DNA from: a virus
Virus record (IMG/VR): IMGVR_UViG_3300025133_009393
DNA length: 64,000 nt
Direction: 5' to 3' (one strand)
Positions 8,354 through 17,879 of the stretch are shown one piece after another. A program made the position numbers and the translations under genes. Under the pieces are notes generated by a model, which saw only the letters and a list, made by a program, of their open reading frames with translations, ran no database searches and was not told the DNA's origin. Every line of letters starts with the position of its first letter. Within the stretch, counting starts at the first letter, position 1.

Positions 8354-9162
8354 TATAGTTCCCCTAAAAGATTCTGTATATTGAGCACCTTCTTGACTAA
8401 TCCGGAATCAATTTCCCGTCCTTTAAACTCATCGACAACTTTTAAAACTTCTTGTAGTTTCTTGTTCAACGTGTCGTCTGGCATTTCCGACAATCTGCTT
8501 TCAATGCTTTCGCGCAGACGACCAACTTCTTCATTCAGATAAATTTTAAGCTGCAATCCGTTATCTGAAAAAGATGTAATATATTTGCCCAACAATTCTT
8601 TCTGTTCAGACAACAAGTCTTTTGAATAGGTAGAATTATATTTCTGTAAAAACGTTTTAAAGGCTAAATTATCAATCTTGGGAAACTTAACTTCTCCTGT
8701 TGTCTTTTGTTCCGTTAAGAGATCGGCAACACGAGTCTCCAATACTAGCCTAGATTTTGCTGCAAGGTCGTTGTCATGGAAAAATTGGTAAATTGTTGCA
8801 GCATCCTTATACGAAGGTACAAAATTTTCAAAAACATTTTTTGAAATAGTCTTGTTGATCTTATTGATTAGCCTTGTCTGCTGACCAAACACCTCTTTCG
8901 AATCAAGTTTTTGATGATCTTTTTTTACTTCATGCAAGAATCTACTAGCGGTATTAATATCTAAACTTTTATGCTCTAACATTGCTTTATAAAGCTTAAG
9001 CTCTTTCGAAAGAATCGTACCTTTCTTGAAAAACTCTCTCACTAATACTAGTATTTTATCTTTTTTTTCTATCTCTTCCTTAACCGTACATTTTGTCATT
9101 TCTCGAATTAAGGCCTCGAAAAGAAAAAAAGTATTTCGTTTTTTGTTGTGCTTAAACTTCAT
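8353..9162 (-). CDS. Conserved helical head-assembly protein (prohead core-like, hypothetical)
   Basis: Starts 1 nt after the portal stop. KHNKKRNT..LFE.L N-terminus and an all-helical, Lys/Glu-rich sequence. Confidence 0.6.
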   Translation of the reverse strand: MKFKHNKKRNTFFLFEALIREMTKCTVKEEIEKKDKILVLVREFFKKGTILSKELKLYKAMLEHKSLDINTASRFLHEVKKDHQKLDSKEVFGQQTRLINKINKTISKNVFENFVPSYKDAATIYQFFHDNDLAAKSRLVLETRVADLLTEQKTTGEVKFPKIDNLAFKTFLQKYNSTYSKDLLSEQKELLGKYITSFSDNGLQLKIYLNEEVGRLRESIESRLSEMPDDTLNKKLQEVLKVVDEFKGREIDSGLVKKVLNIQNLLGEL

Positions 9163-9163
9163 G

Positions 9164-11104
9164 TTATTTTTTTCCCTGATCTTCTAATTGGTCGAGAAGC
9201 TCTCTTATCTCATTATTCATAGCTAATATGTTTTCTTCTTCTTTCTTGTAAGTAGAATCTAAAGTTTCATAAATTCCAAAACGTGCTTGTTCTTGTGCTT
9301 CTCGGCCCGGAAAAACCTCGCCGGTCCTTGATCTGCTCGTTGCGCCGCGTTGATCAGACGAAACGTTTGCTTTTGCCCTCATATGAACCCGTCGGCGGCC
9401 GGTGCGGTGATAGTTTGGTCCCTTGTGGTGAGCCTTCCCTTTTTTGGCAACTGTCATATTATCATCGCGCTTTGCCGGCGGAAGAGTCTCTGTACCAGGC
9501 GGAGTGGCCAACAAATCACCCTCTTCAGGGCCGACGTCTTCGAGGCCGGCCTCTTCAGGCATTTCACCTTCGCCGCCCATTTCTTCTCCGCCCAAATCTT
9601 CTCCGCCCAAATCTAAGCCGCCGCCGAGGTCGGCGCCGCCGCCCAGGGAATCCGCTTCGGCGGCTCCTTCAATCGACCTCTCCAGGGCAGATTCAAACTT
9701 GCGATCATGGAACATCTCTCTCTGTATTCGTACCATTTCTTCTTCCGGCAGATTAAACAGATTTTCAGCGACCCAGCGCTTACTAAAGAATCCTTCCGTA
9801 GCGGAGCTAGCAATATCAAACTTAGTTTTCCAATGTTCCAACTCTTGCAATTCTGCCAAACGTGAGGGATTGTTAAGGCTTAGGGTAAAAGATAACAAAT
9901 CAGCCCCTCTATAACCCATTGTAAATAAATGAATAACACCAACCTTTTCAAGTTCCGAAACTATTGCGCGTTGGAGTCTTTGAATTGTTCTCGCAAAACG
10001 TATATCTTTTTGTGACAGCGTTGCTTCGTCTTCAGAGTCGTCGCCGCGCGAAAGATAGGATGCCGGTACTTTCAAAGCAGAGAACAATTTGTCTCTCAAA
10101 TACTTGACGTCATCGATGTCTCCAGTATAAGTTCCGCCGGGCAAGGATTCAACTCTAGAGGATTGGCCACCGCGCACAGGAATATAATAATCTTCCTCAA
10201 TGCTCATCGGGTTGTAACGCAAATCAACTCTGCCCGTATCCGGATCTACAATCTGATTTCGCTTCATCTGTGTGAGAACTTTTTGCATATAAGTTTCCAC
10301 GTCTGCGGGATTAATCGCGCCGACATCAATATAAAAAACTCTTCTTTCTGGCGATCTGACAATACGATATGCCATCATCGCATCCTCAATTAACGTCAGC
10401 TGTCTCCAGATTCTTCTTGCAGGCTCCAAAATAGAGGTACCATACGGAGCATATCGATCATTTCCTAAAATCCTGAAATGTGCAACCTGCCAATTTTCAA
10501 AAGTCATTCCAGCATCGTTCCATTGAAACTGTACATAATTTGGATTTGCTTTATCTTCACCCTCCAATCTCTCAACTTGCGCCGGCGGAATACCAGTTAC
10601 GTATTTGATCCCCTCTTGTTCCTCAATATCTAGATAAAGAAAGAAGTCGCCGTACTTGCACATCGTACGACACCAACCAAATAGATTGAAATCAATATTT
10701 AGAATACTATGATACAAAGTATCCAAGATATGTTTTATCTCTTCATTGGGGCACTTAATAGATAATAAAGGAGTTAAGTAAGTTGAGGTTGTCATCTCAT
10801 CAGCATATATATCTAACGCTGAGGCAATTTCCGGAGTGTATTCCATCTGGTCGAAATCAATATATCGATCTGCACGATTTTGATTTGCCATATATGCGGC
10901 TTGCATGGCCTCATAAGGGGAGCGAGTATCTTTTTTGAATGACTGGCCACTGGCAGATTTAAATTTAAGCCTATCTACTTGATGTCTTTTTAATTTACGT
11001 GGAGTCTGACGTCTGAAGTCAACCAAAGGTCCAGAAAGAAGTCGTGTAAGTTTTCTAAATAACTCGCTTTGATTGTTCTTGGGATTGTTTTTTCTATCAG
11101 CCAT
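9164..11104 (-). CDS. Portal protein (T4 gp20-like)
   Basis: PEIASALDIYADE, YGTSILEPARRIWRQL.L.EDAM..YRI.RSPERRVFYIDVG, EDYYIPVRG, LPGG, DDVKYL..KLF.ALKVP and DIRFARTIQRLQ. Confidence 0.97.
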   Translation of the reverse strand: MADRKNNPKNNQSELFRKLTRLLSGPLVDFRRQTPRKLKRHQVDRLKFKSASGQSFKKDTRSPYEAMQAAYMANQNRADRYIDFDQMEYTPEIASALDIYADEMTTSTYLTPLLSIKCPNEEIKHILDTLYHSILNIDFNLFGWCRTMCKYGDFFLYLDIEEQEGIKYVTGIPPAQVERLEGEDKANPNYVQFQWNDAGMTFENWQVAHFRILGNDRYAPYGTSILEPARRIWRQLTLIEDAMMAYRIVRSPERRVFYIDVGAINPADVETYMQKVLTQMKRNQIVDPDTGRVDLRYNPMSIEEDYYIPVRGGQSSRVESLPGGTYTGDIDDVKYLRDKLFSALKVPASYLSRGDDSEDEATLSQKDIRFARTIQRLQRAIVSELEKVGVIHLFTMGYRGADLLSFTLSLNNPSRLAELQELEHWKTKFDIASSATEGFFSKRWVAENLFNLPEEEMVRIQREMFHDRKFESALERSIEGAAEADSLGGGADLGGGLDLGGEDLGGEEMGGEGEMPEEAGLEDVGPEEGDLLATPPGTETLPPAKRDDNMTVAKKGKAHHKGPNYHRTGRRRVHMRAKANVSSDQRGATSRSRTGEVFPGREAQEQARFGIYETLDSTYKKEEENILAMNNEIRELLDQLEDQGKK

Positions 11105-11107
11105 GTG

Positions 11108-12682
11108 TTATCCTTTCAGCAGCCAGACAAAATCTTTTTGCATTTTTTTCTGCTTATCTTTTTTTATCTCGTCATACCCCAACATTCCTGGAATGTTGGT
11201 ATTTAAATTTGTTGAAGATTTTTGCATTGAATTCAAAAACGCCTTCTTATACTCAATCTCGCGCTGATTGACGCTAAAGACAGTATCTCTTATCCAGCAT
11301 CCGATCGCGCAAGATGTTATCAAATCATCATTATATTTTTTCATAGCCTGGGGCCGGCCCATATGCCACACAAAAGTTTTCATTTCATTATACAGTCTTC
11401 TCGAATATATTTTAATTAGTTTATTTCTAACTAATTCCTCCATTTTTGCAATCACCAAGGGGCGCGTTTTTGACGTCATGCTAAAGCCTGGGACTGCATT
11501 CGAAGCATGCTCTCCCAGTACTGGATCGACATACTCGTGCGAAGATTTGTATGAATAATATATATTTGGATATCCGGATTCTTGCAGTTTATCCAGCACT
11601 GTCCAGCCAACAGAGTTATTTTCCACCGCCAACATACAGTTTGCATATTCAGCACCAACCTGCGAAAGCAAATTCGCAAACATATCTAAAGATGGCTTTC
11701 CCTTGTACTCTGCTACAATCTCCATTGTCTCTATTTTAAAGATATGAAAGGCAGAATAATCTTTGCCGTCGCCTCTCGCGACGTCAGCAACTAACAGATA
11801 GTTAAACTCCGGACTGTGTTCTTCCCAAATCCAAAAATTTCTATCGAAGCCAGTCCTATGTTTGGGTTCACATATTGTTTGTTCAATCCTAGTCATGTCG
11901 TCCGGATGAAAAACAGTTTCACCAGACATATTAAAGTTGCACTGGAGTTCTTGCGCAATTTGTCGACGTGACATGTTCTTTGTTTCGTTCTCAAACCAGG
12001 CTTGATCGCGGTCGGGATGTACGTCCCAAGGCAGAATAGTGCCGAAAAAATCATTTTTGCTATCTTCCGCATCAATATAAGTTTGATGAAACCAATTACC
12101 AACGCCATTCGGCGTAGATAAGGCGATGCAGCGGCCGCCGGTTGATAGCGTCGGATACAAACCAGTCCAAAGTTCATCTAAACCTTCAACGTGTGCGGCC
12201 TCGTCGATAACCAGCAAAGATAGCGCTTCCGAACGTCCAGCGTCGGCACTAGTTGAAGATGCTTTAATCTGTGATCCGTTAGTCAGTTCAAACGAAGTTC
12301 TATTATCAACACTAATGTTTGATATTCTTACCCACTCGGGAAGGTTCTTGATAATGGCTTTAACCTTTTTGACCAAATTAGAAGCCGTGCTAAATTTAGT
12401 AGCAATTACAAGAATATTCTTGTCGCGGTGAAACATCATCAGCCACACAATATAAGCTGCAGAGATTGTAGAAATTCCTAGCTGACGGGCTTTCAATATT
12501 ACGTTAAAACGATGATCATTGAAATCCTTAATTAATTCTTCTTGATAACCATACATTTTGAAAGGTATCAAGCCCAACAAAGGGTGTGATATCTTAGCAT
12601 AATTATTAATAAAATAGACAGGATCTTTGCCAGATCTTATTATTTCTTTTATTATCTGGTCTTTCGAAAGCTGATAGCTCAT
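11108..12682 (-). CDS. terL: Terminase large subunit (T4 gp17-like)
   Basis: Walker A LKARQLGIST, Walker B LVIDEAAH, STPNG coupling motif, and nuclease ADVARGDGKDYS...NDDL. Confidence 0.97.
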   Translation of the reverse strand: MSYQLSKDQIIKEIIRSGKDPVYFINNYAKISHPLLGLIPFKMYGYQEELIKDFNDHRFNVILKARQLGISTISAAYIVWLMMFHRDKNILVIATKFSTASNLVKKVKAIIKNLPEWVRISNISVDNRTSFELTNGSQIKASSTSADAGRSEALSLLVIDEAAHVEGLDELWTGLYPTLSTGGRCIALSTPNGVGNWFHQTYIDAEDSKNDFFGTILPWDVHPDRDQAWFENETKNMSRRQIAQELQCNFNMSGETVFHPDDMTRIEQTICEPKHRTGFDRNFWIWEEHSPEFNYLLVADVARGDGKDYSAFHIFKIETMEIVAEYKGKPSLDMFANLLSQVGAEYANCMLAVENNSVGWTVLDKLQESGYPNIYYSYKSSHEYVDPVLGEHASNAVPGFSMTSKTRPLVIAKMEELVRNKLIKIYSRRLYNEMKTFVWHMGRPQAMKKYNDDLITSCAIGCWIRDTVFSVNQREIEYKKAFLNSMQKSSTNLNTNIPGMLGYDEIKKDKQKKMQKDFVWLLKG

Positions 12683-12685
12683 TTG

Positions 12686-13219
12686 CTAGCCCCTCTGGTT
12701 TTTATTTGAGGGACGCTGACCCCATCCTCCTAGATTTAGAAATTCTTTAAATTTACCTTCCAATCTCTCTTCTGATGGCTTTAGTCTATCTTCAACATCT
12801 TTTAAACCACCAATCTTATACGTCTTGGCGACTGTAACAAAAACTCGTACTCTGGATGTTGACTGCACTAAAATATCAACGTCGTCGCCGGCGGTCAAAG
12901 CCAAAGCATTGCCAGTTATCTTTTTATATTCTTTCTTGAGCCACTTTGCAATATCAGCACAGGTTCTATTACATTCGTTCTCAAAATTTGTATTATAAAC
13001 GTCTTTTAGCTTGATGTCGGATTGATAAGACACGATAAGTTTGGTGCCGTCGACCCTGCACTTAAAGCCGTCCATGGTTCTAGAATCGAGAGCGGGATTC
13101 CCCTCCTCTCTCCTGAGACCAATCTTGATTGGCTCACCCTTATCATCTAGCGCGCCATCATATGCATTGGCAGCTGCTTGAGCGATTCCTCTAATAATAT
13201 CTAAAGTTACTTGTGACAT
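12686..13219 (-). CDS. Hypothetical protein upstream of terminase
   Basis: 177-aa ORF with GGAG SD, abutting its neighbours. No motif recognised. Confidence 0.6.
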   Translation of the reverse strand: MSQVTLDIIRGIAQAAANAYDGALDDKGEPIKIGLRREEGNPALDSRTMDGFKCRVDGTKLIVSYQSDIKLKDVYNTNFENECNRTCADIAKWLKKEYKKITGNALALTAGDDVDILVQSTSRVRVFVTVAKTYKIGGLKDVEDRLKPSEERLEGKFKEFLNLGGWGQRPSNKNQRG

Positions 13220-13600
13220 TTAATTATCTCCTGGTCTCCAGCCGTTAAGCCATCTTTCTTCTCTGTCCTCAACGTATTGTATAAAACATTTTTCACAACA
13301 TTCATACTTCAACATGTATATATCGTCCTGCAAGTTAAATGAATAATATTCGCAAACAGAACATTTTCTATTTGAATCTCTATTAATTAGTTTTTTAGAT
13401 ACTAAAAAACCATCAATTTCAACCTTTTGTGTTTCTTCTTCTCGAAGGCGGTGCTTTTGATCAATTAATTTTATCTGTTCAAGATATTCTTTTTCTTTAT
13501 CAGGGCCCCAATTTGATCTAGGATTTTGTATTGCTTCGCTACCATATTTTTGCTTTATTGCTTTTTCCAAACGAGCAATATAATTCAAATCTTTTTTCAC
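13220..13600 (-). CDS. Zinc-finger protein (CxxC...CCxxC)
   Basis: Likely GTG start at 13600 overlapping the upstream TGA (GTGA). Motifs CSVC and CCEKC. Confidence 0.65.
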   Translation of the reverse strand: MKKDLNYIARLEKAIKQKYGSEAIQNPRSNWGPDKEKEYLEQIKLIDQKHRLREEETQKVEIDGFLVSKKLINRDSNRKCSVCEYYSFNLQDDIYMLKYECCEKCFIQYVEDREERWLNGWRPGDN

Positions 13601-14061
13601 TTCTGAGCCTCGACGGCAGCATAAAATATTCCAATAGACAACAGAGCGCCGGTGACGAGACCTAGCGTGACCCACAGGGCGGCATAATCATTGGGGCTTT
13701 CTGTCGCTATCTCTTGAAGGCGTGCTATCTCTTCTGTTTTAATACCTATTATTGAATCGCTGCTTTCTTTTAAACTGTCGTACCTGGCTTGAAGAGTGGA
13801 CAGCCTCAAGGTATAATCTGCCTCTATCTTCTTAAGCTCATAATTTAATTTAAGCTCATACTCCATCAAAGAATATTTTTTATCCGTATTGATTTTTGCA
13901 GCTGCAATTGGATCTAACAAGATGCCGGTATATGGTGCTTTTTGATTTGCCTGCATTACTGTGATTTGCCCCTCAAGCTCTTCTGTTTCTTGTGCTTTTG
14001 TTTGAAGCGGTGCTAAAACAATGCTAAGACTTATGACAATACTTAATAAAACTTTATTCAT
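13597..14061 (-). CDS. Exported coiled-coil protein with C-terminal TM helix, spanin-like
   Basis: Signal peptide (..APLQTKA/QE, no lipobox Cys), a coiled coil, and C-terminal LWVTLGLVTGALLSIGIFYAA. Third gene of the holin cluster. Confidence 0.6.
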   Translation of the reverse strand: MNKVLLSIVISLSIVLAPLQTKAQETEELEGQITVMQANQKAPYTGILLDPIAAAKINTDKKYSLMEYELKLNYELKKIEADYTLRLSTLQARYDSLKESSDSIIGIKTEEIARLQEIATESPNDYAALWVTLGLVTGALLSIGIFYAAVEAQK

Positions 14062-14064
14062 TTT

Positions 14065-14436
14065 TTAAACCTCAAAAAGCTTTTTCATCTCTTCAGCTAA
14101 AACAGAAGGATCATCCTTGTGCTCACTGACTAAATTCTGAATTTCTTTCTTTTTCTTTTTCGAAAGCTCGTCTACTTTAATAGTATGCTCTTTTTCAAGA
14201 TTTTTTAAGGTTTCTTGATAAACTAACACGATCTCTTCTCTTTGCTGCAGCTCTTTTTCATGGGCTGTTTTAATAACTTCAATCTCTTTTTGATAACTTT
14301 CTTTAGTAATGTCGAGTACTTTAAGGACATTAGCATTCGAACGTCTAAAAATTATCCACAGAACAATAGTATAGATCAGCACCGCCGGTATATACCAGTA
14401 GTGCTTAATCCAAACCCAAGCTTTTTTCCAAAACAT
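14065..14436 (-). CDS. i-spanin-like protein (N-terminal TM + coiled coil)
   Basis: Likely start MFWKKAW at 14436. TM segment YIPAVLIYTIVLWIIF followed by a Glu/Lys coiled coil. Confidence 0.6.
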   Translation of the reverse strand: MFWKKAWVWIKHYWYIPAVLIYTIVLWIIFRRSNANVLKVLDITKESYQKEIEVIKTAHEKELQQREEIVLVYQETLKNLEKEHTIKVDELSKKKKKEIQNLVSEHKDDPSVLAEEMKKLFEV

Positions 14437-14441
14437 ACTAA

Positions 14442-14624
14442 CTAGCTGCTTTTCCAAGCTTTGGCTAAGTCAACTGCAGCCTGCGAACCAATATAAATTA
14501 CAGTCACCGCAACCCAATCCTCGCTATGTAAAGCACCCTGCATGGCCAAAAAAGTTGCAGTACCCCAAGCAAGAAGTTTTCTACTTACCAATTTTCCTAT
14601 AACTCCATCAATGAACTCTTTCAT
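14442..14624 (-). CDS. Holin-like small membrane protein
   Basis: 60 aa with an SRKLL motif and two hydrophobic segments; strong AAGGAG SD; followed by spanin-like genes. Confidence 0.65.
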   Translation of the reverse strand: MKEFIDGVIGKLVSRKLLAWGTATFLAMQGALHSEDWVAVTVIYIGSQAAVDLAKAWKSS

Positions 14625-14666
14625 AATTATTCTCCTTTATTAAAAGTCTTTAATTAAATCCTTATA

Positions 14667-14673
14667 TAAATAG
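14667..14673 (-). promoter_or_regulatory. Putative late-promoter motif CTATTTA (ACTATTTATAT) for the lysis/packaging operon
   Basis: Immediately after the SbcCD stop and 43 nt upstream of the holin start. Confidence 0.55.
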
Positions 14674-14674
14674 T

Positions 14675-17600
14675 TTAATGATTTACATTTGCAAATCTGT
14701 CTTTCTTTTCAATAATAATCTGCGTATCCACAATGTCTTTCAAGCTGTCCAAATGCGAAATAAGTAGCACAGTTTTAAACTGAGTCTTGATCATGTCCAG
14801 GATTCGAATAAAGCCTTCCATGTTTTCTTCGTCTAAAGCAGTGCCGGGCTCGTCTAAAATAAATATGTCTCCCTTCGGAAGAGTAGATATATTTAATAGT
14901 GCCAAGCGAATAGCCATGGCAGCGATCGTCTTCTCTGCTCCTGAGCCCATTTCAATTGGCCTGGCATCATATTCCGGATGTTTAATTAAGATGTCTAACT
15001 TCGTATCCTCATTAACAAACATAATTTCGAACTCAACAATGTTTGTAAGAATCTTCGATACTTCTGAATTAATCAAAGGCAAACGTTTTTTAATAATGTC
15101 GTAAGCAATTCCATTTGCATGCATACAGCGCATAAATAAATCATAGGCCGAATATTGTTCTTGCATATCTTTGTATTCTTCCTGTTCTTGTTCAACCTTT
15201 TCAAGTTGCTGCTCAAGCGAACCATTTGCTTTATACAAATCTAATACCTTTTTTTGACACTGTCCATGCTTCATCTTCTGATCTTCTATCTTGTCTTTCA
15301 GCACTTTTTTTCTCTCCAGCAAACTTTCGAGATTTTCTATAGCCTCTTTGTTATCTTCGTATTGCTGTCTTTTGATACTCATTTCATTAACAATATTATT
15401 AGATTTGAGCATCCTTGTCTTATTCTTTTCAATCGATAGCTCCAGAGCAGATATCTCATTTTGTGTCGATGTTCTCTTTTCAACAACCTGCTCATACTTT
15501 GTAATATAATCATTAATTTTGTCTGGCTTTAAATCAGTTACAATATTCTGCTTTTCCTTCTTTGAGGCAGACAATTTCTCTACTGCAACAATTGTGCCGA
15601 CGAGACCCTTCTTGGCTGTATACGCATCTTTAATGAATCTACAATGTGAAAATTCTGAACCGCATGGCACTTCATTTAAAAGCTGTATCTTTTTCTTTTG
15701 CCTTTCTAGTTGGCCTTCGAACCGGAGGATTTCTTTTTCGATTTCATCAAGTCTTTCATAATTCTCCTCAATAAGCTTCTGTTTTTCTTCAAGCGAAGCG
15801 ACATCAAAAGCTTCCAAGAATTTTGCAAGCTTGTTAAACATCGTTTTGCTTTCTTGTAATTCTTCATTTGATTTTTTATTTTGCTCTTTGTATTTATTTA
15901 GCAGCCCCTGTTGAGCATCCAGTGCTCTTTCTATCTCTGAAATATTAATTATTTCCGTCGGAAGAGAACGAATCTTGGCATCAATATCTGAATACTCATC
16001 CAACATTTGTTTTACTTCATTTTGAATGTTTTCACATTCTCTTTCTTTAGTTAGTTTAAGTGTATCATTTCTAGCGAATTCCGTTCTGGCTTTTTTAATT
16101 TCGCTCTCAAATTCTCTCGCTTCAGAACGACGAAGGAGTCCTCTCATATCGGACGCGTCTTCTTTTGCTTTGCGAAACTTATTTTCAAAGATCTCCAAGT
16201 CAAGAAACTTGGCTAAAATCTCCTTTCTTCTTGTAGATCCTTCGCTGATATATGTTAAGGATCCTAGCTGAGATGCCATAGACGTTAACAAGAAGTCATC
16301 GATTGTTCCAAAGATCTTTCGAATATTCTTATCGGTATCGATACGGCTTAAGCCATTTAACTCTTGCTCTTCTCCGGTTGCATTATCAAGCACGCGAAAA
16401 TCCACATCAGTTTTTGCTTCCGTAGTTACCTTGCCTTTCAGTTTCTTTTGGTATTTCTTGCTTGTTCTTTCAATCATGTAAGTTCTGGTACCGATGTCAA
16501 CTTCGACATAACCCCTGCAATCTTCTTTATTCTGGTTTATAATATTGAGATTTTTTCGGTTGTGCTTGGATGTTGTGTTATAAAGAGTATACAGCATGCT
16601 ATCAATAATACTAGACTTTCCAGAAAAATTCTTTCCTAGAATTCCAACGGTACCATTCATGTTAAAAAAATCTATGCTATTGTTCTCGCTATAATTGAAT
16701 AAATTATCCCACTCTAAATGTTTTATTCTCCAACTAATATTACGACTAACTTCTTCCTGTTCTTCAACAATTGCCTTATACTTTCTATTAAGCCCATAAA
16801 CCTTTTGCAAGGTTTCGTCTTGAGCCTGAAAGTCTTTCAAATATTCATCGATTAACTCTTCTTGAATTGCAGTATCTCTCAAGTCTTCTTGGACTAAGCC
16901 ACTTGTTAGCTCTTCAACACTTCCGCGCTCGCCGGCTGCTCTACTTAAATATGTTATAGCTTCTGGCTTGAAGCGACTCTTGCTGGCTTCTACAGCTTTG
17001 CGTACAACTCCCAAAGGAAGATTGTTTTGTGATACCAAGCGTAGCCGGGCGCCCTTCTGTATTTCTGTGTTTCTAGGAATGCGTCCAGAAGGGGTAAGAG
17101 TAATTGTAATGAAAGGCTTGGGATTTTTAATAGAATGGTGCTTAACAGTGAATTTATCTTTGCTTTCAATATCCCAAATTAAATATCCCTTATTGTTTGT
17201 TTCTCCATGGTTCTGTTGGATCGTCGAGCCAGGATAGCGTATTTTACCCTCTTTGTCGAGGGCTTGATTGGTTTTGTGTATATCCCCAAGAAAACCATAG
17301 TCAAAATCATTAAAGATACTAAGATCATTTTCACCCCTCTCCATTGTCCAGCCGGCGTCAGTTTGGCAATTTGATATAGATCCATGATAAAGTGCAATAT
17401 TTATGCGTGAATTATCAGAAGGAGGTTGCCAGTTTCCCATATCGAACACAGATAGCACATTCAAGGAGAAATTACCCCTTAAAGCGACTTCTCCGGAATC
17501 ACGGAGTAAGTATAGGTTTGGATGGCCAAGGGCGTTTACGATGGGTGTAAGCGCGTCCTGGCGGCTTGAATTGCGCAAGTTACCATCATGGTTGCCCAAA

Positions 17601-17827
17601 ATGATATAAGTTGGCGCAATGTCTGCCAAATTACGAAAGAAATCAGAGCACATTTGCACGAATTCAGGACTAATTTGAGTCTTGGTGTGTGCAATGTCTC
17701 CACAATGAATTATATAATCCGGCTTTTGCTTAGCCAGCTTCTTGTAAAGCCGATCGAAAACCACTCGGTACTCTTTATGGTATTTGAGATTCCGAATGTG
17801 TGTATCGGCTAGATGTGCAAATCGCAT
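14675..17827 (-). CDS. Fused SbcD/Mre11 nuclease - SbcC/Rad50 ATPase (gp47-gp46-like)
   Basis: N-terminal metallophosphoesterase motifs ADTH, GDIAH, GNHD, LGDIH and YPGS. Then Walker A GKNFSGKSS, a long coiled coil with central CGSEFSHC, signature GSGAEK, Walker B ILDE and LISH. Confidence 0.93.
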   Translation of the reverse strand: MRFAHLADTHIRNLKYHKEYRVVFDRLYKKLAKQKPDYIIHCGDIAHTKTQISPEFVQMCSDFFRNLADIAPTYIILGNHDGNLRNSSRQDALTPIVNALGHPNLYLLRDSGEVALRGNFSLNVLSVFDMGNWQPPSDNSRINIALYHGSISNCQTDAGWTMERGENDLSIFNDFDYGFLGDIHKTNQALDKEGKIRYPGSTIQQNHGETNNKGYLIWDIESKDKFTVKHHSIKNPKPFITITLTPSGRIPRNTEIQKGARLRLVSQNNLPLGVVRKAVEASKSRFKPEAITYLSRAAGERGSVEELTSGLVQEDLRDTAIQEELIDEYLKDFQAQDETLQKVYGLNRKYKAIVEEQEEVSRNISWRIKHLEWDNLFNYSENNSIDFFNMNGTVGILGKNFSGKSSIIDSMLYTLYNTTSKHNRKNLNIINQNKEDCRGYVEVDIGTRTYMIERTSKKYQKKLKGKVTTEAKTDVDFRVLDNATGEEQELNGLSRIDTDKNIRKIFGTIDDFLLTSMASQLGSLTYISEGSTRRKEILAKFLDLEIFENKFRKAKEDASDMRGLLRRSEAREFESEIKKARTEFARNDTLKLTKERECENIQNEVKQMLDEYSDIDAKIRSLPTEIINISEIERALDAQQGLLNKYKEQNKKSNEELQESKTMFNKLAKFLEAFDVASLEEKQKLIEENYERLDEIEKEILRFEGQLERQKKKIQLLNEVPCGSEFSHCRFIKDAYTAKKGLVGTIVAVEKLSASKKEKQNIVTDLKPDKINDYITKYEQVVEKRTSTQNEISALELSIEKNKTRMLKSNNIVNEMSIKRQQYEDNKEAIENLESLLERKKVLKDKIEDQKMKHGQCQKKVLDLYKANGSLEQQLEKVEQEQEEYKDMQEQYSAYDLFMRCMHANGIAYDIIKKRLPLINSEVSKILTNIVEFEIMFVNEDTKLDILIKHPEYDARPIEMGSGAEKTIAAMAIRLALLNISTLPKGDIFILDEPGTALDEENMEGFIRILDMIKTQFKTVLLISHLDSLKDIVDTQIIIEKKDRFANVNH

Positions 17828-17849
17828 CTAGATCCTATTGTGTGTTACT

Positions 17850-17877
17850 ATTATAACTTCCGCAGTTTAAAAGTCAA
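17850..17877 (-). promoter_or_regulatory. Sigma70-type promoter TTGACT-N16-TATAAT for SbcCD
   Basis: -35 at 17877-17872 and -10 at 17855-17850, 22 nt before the ATG, in an intergenic gap. Confidence 0.75.
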
Positions 17878-17879
17878 GT

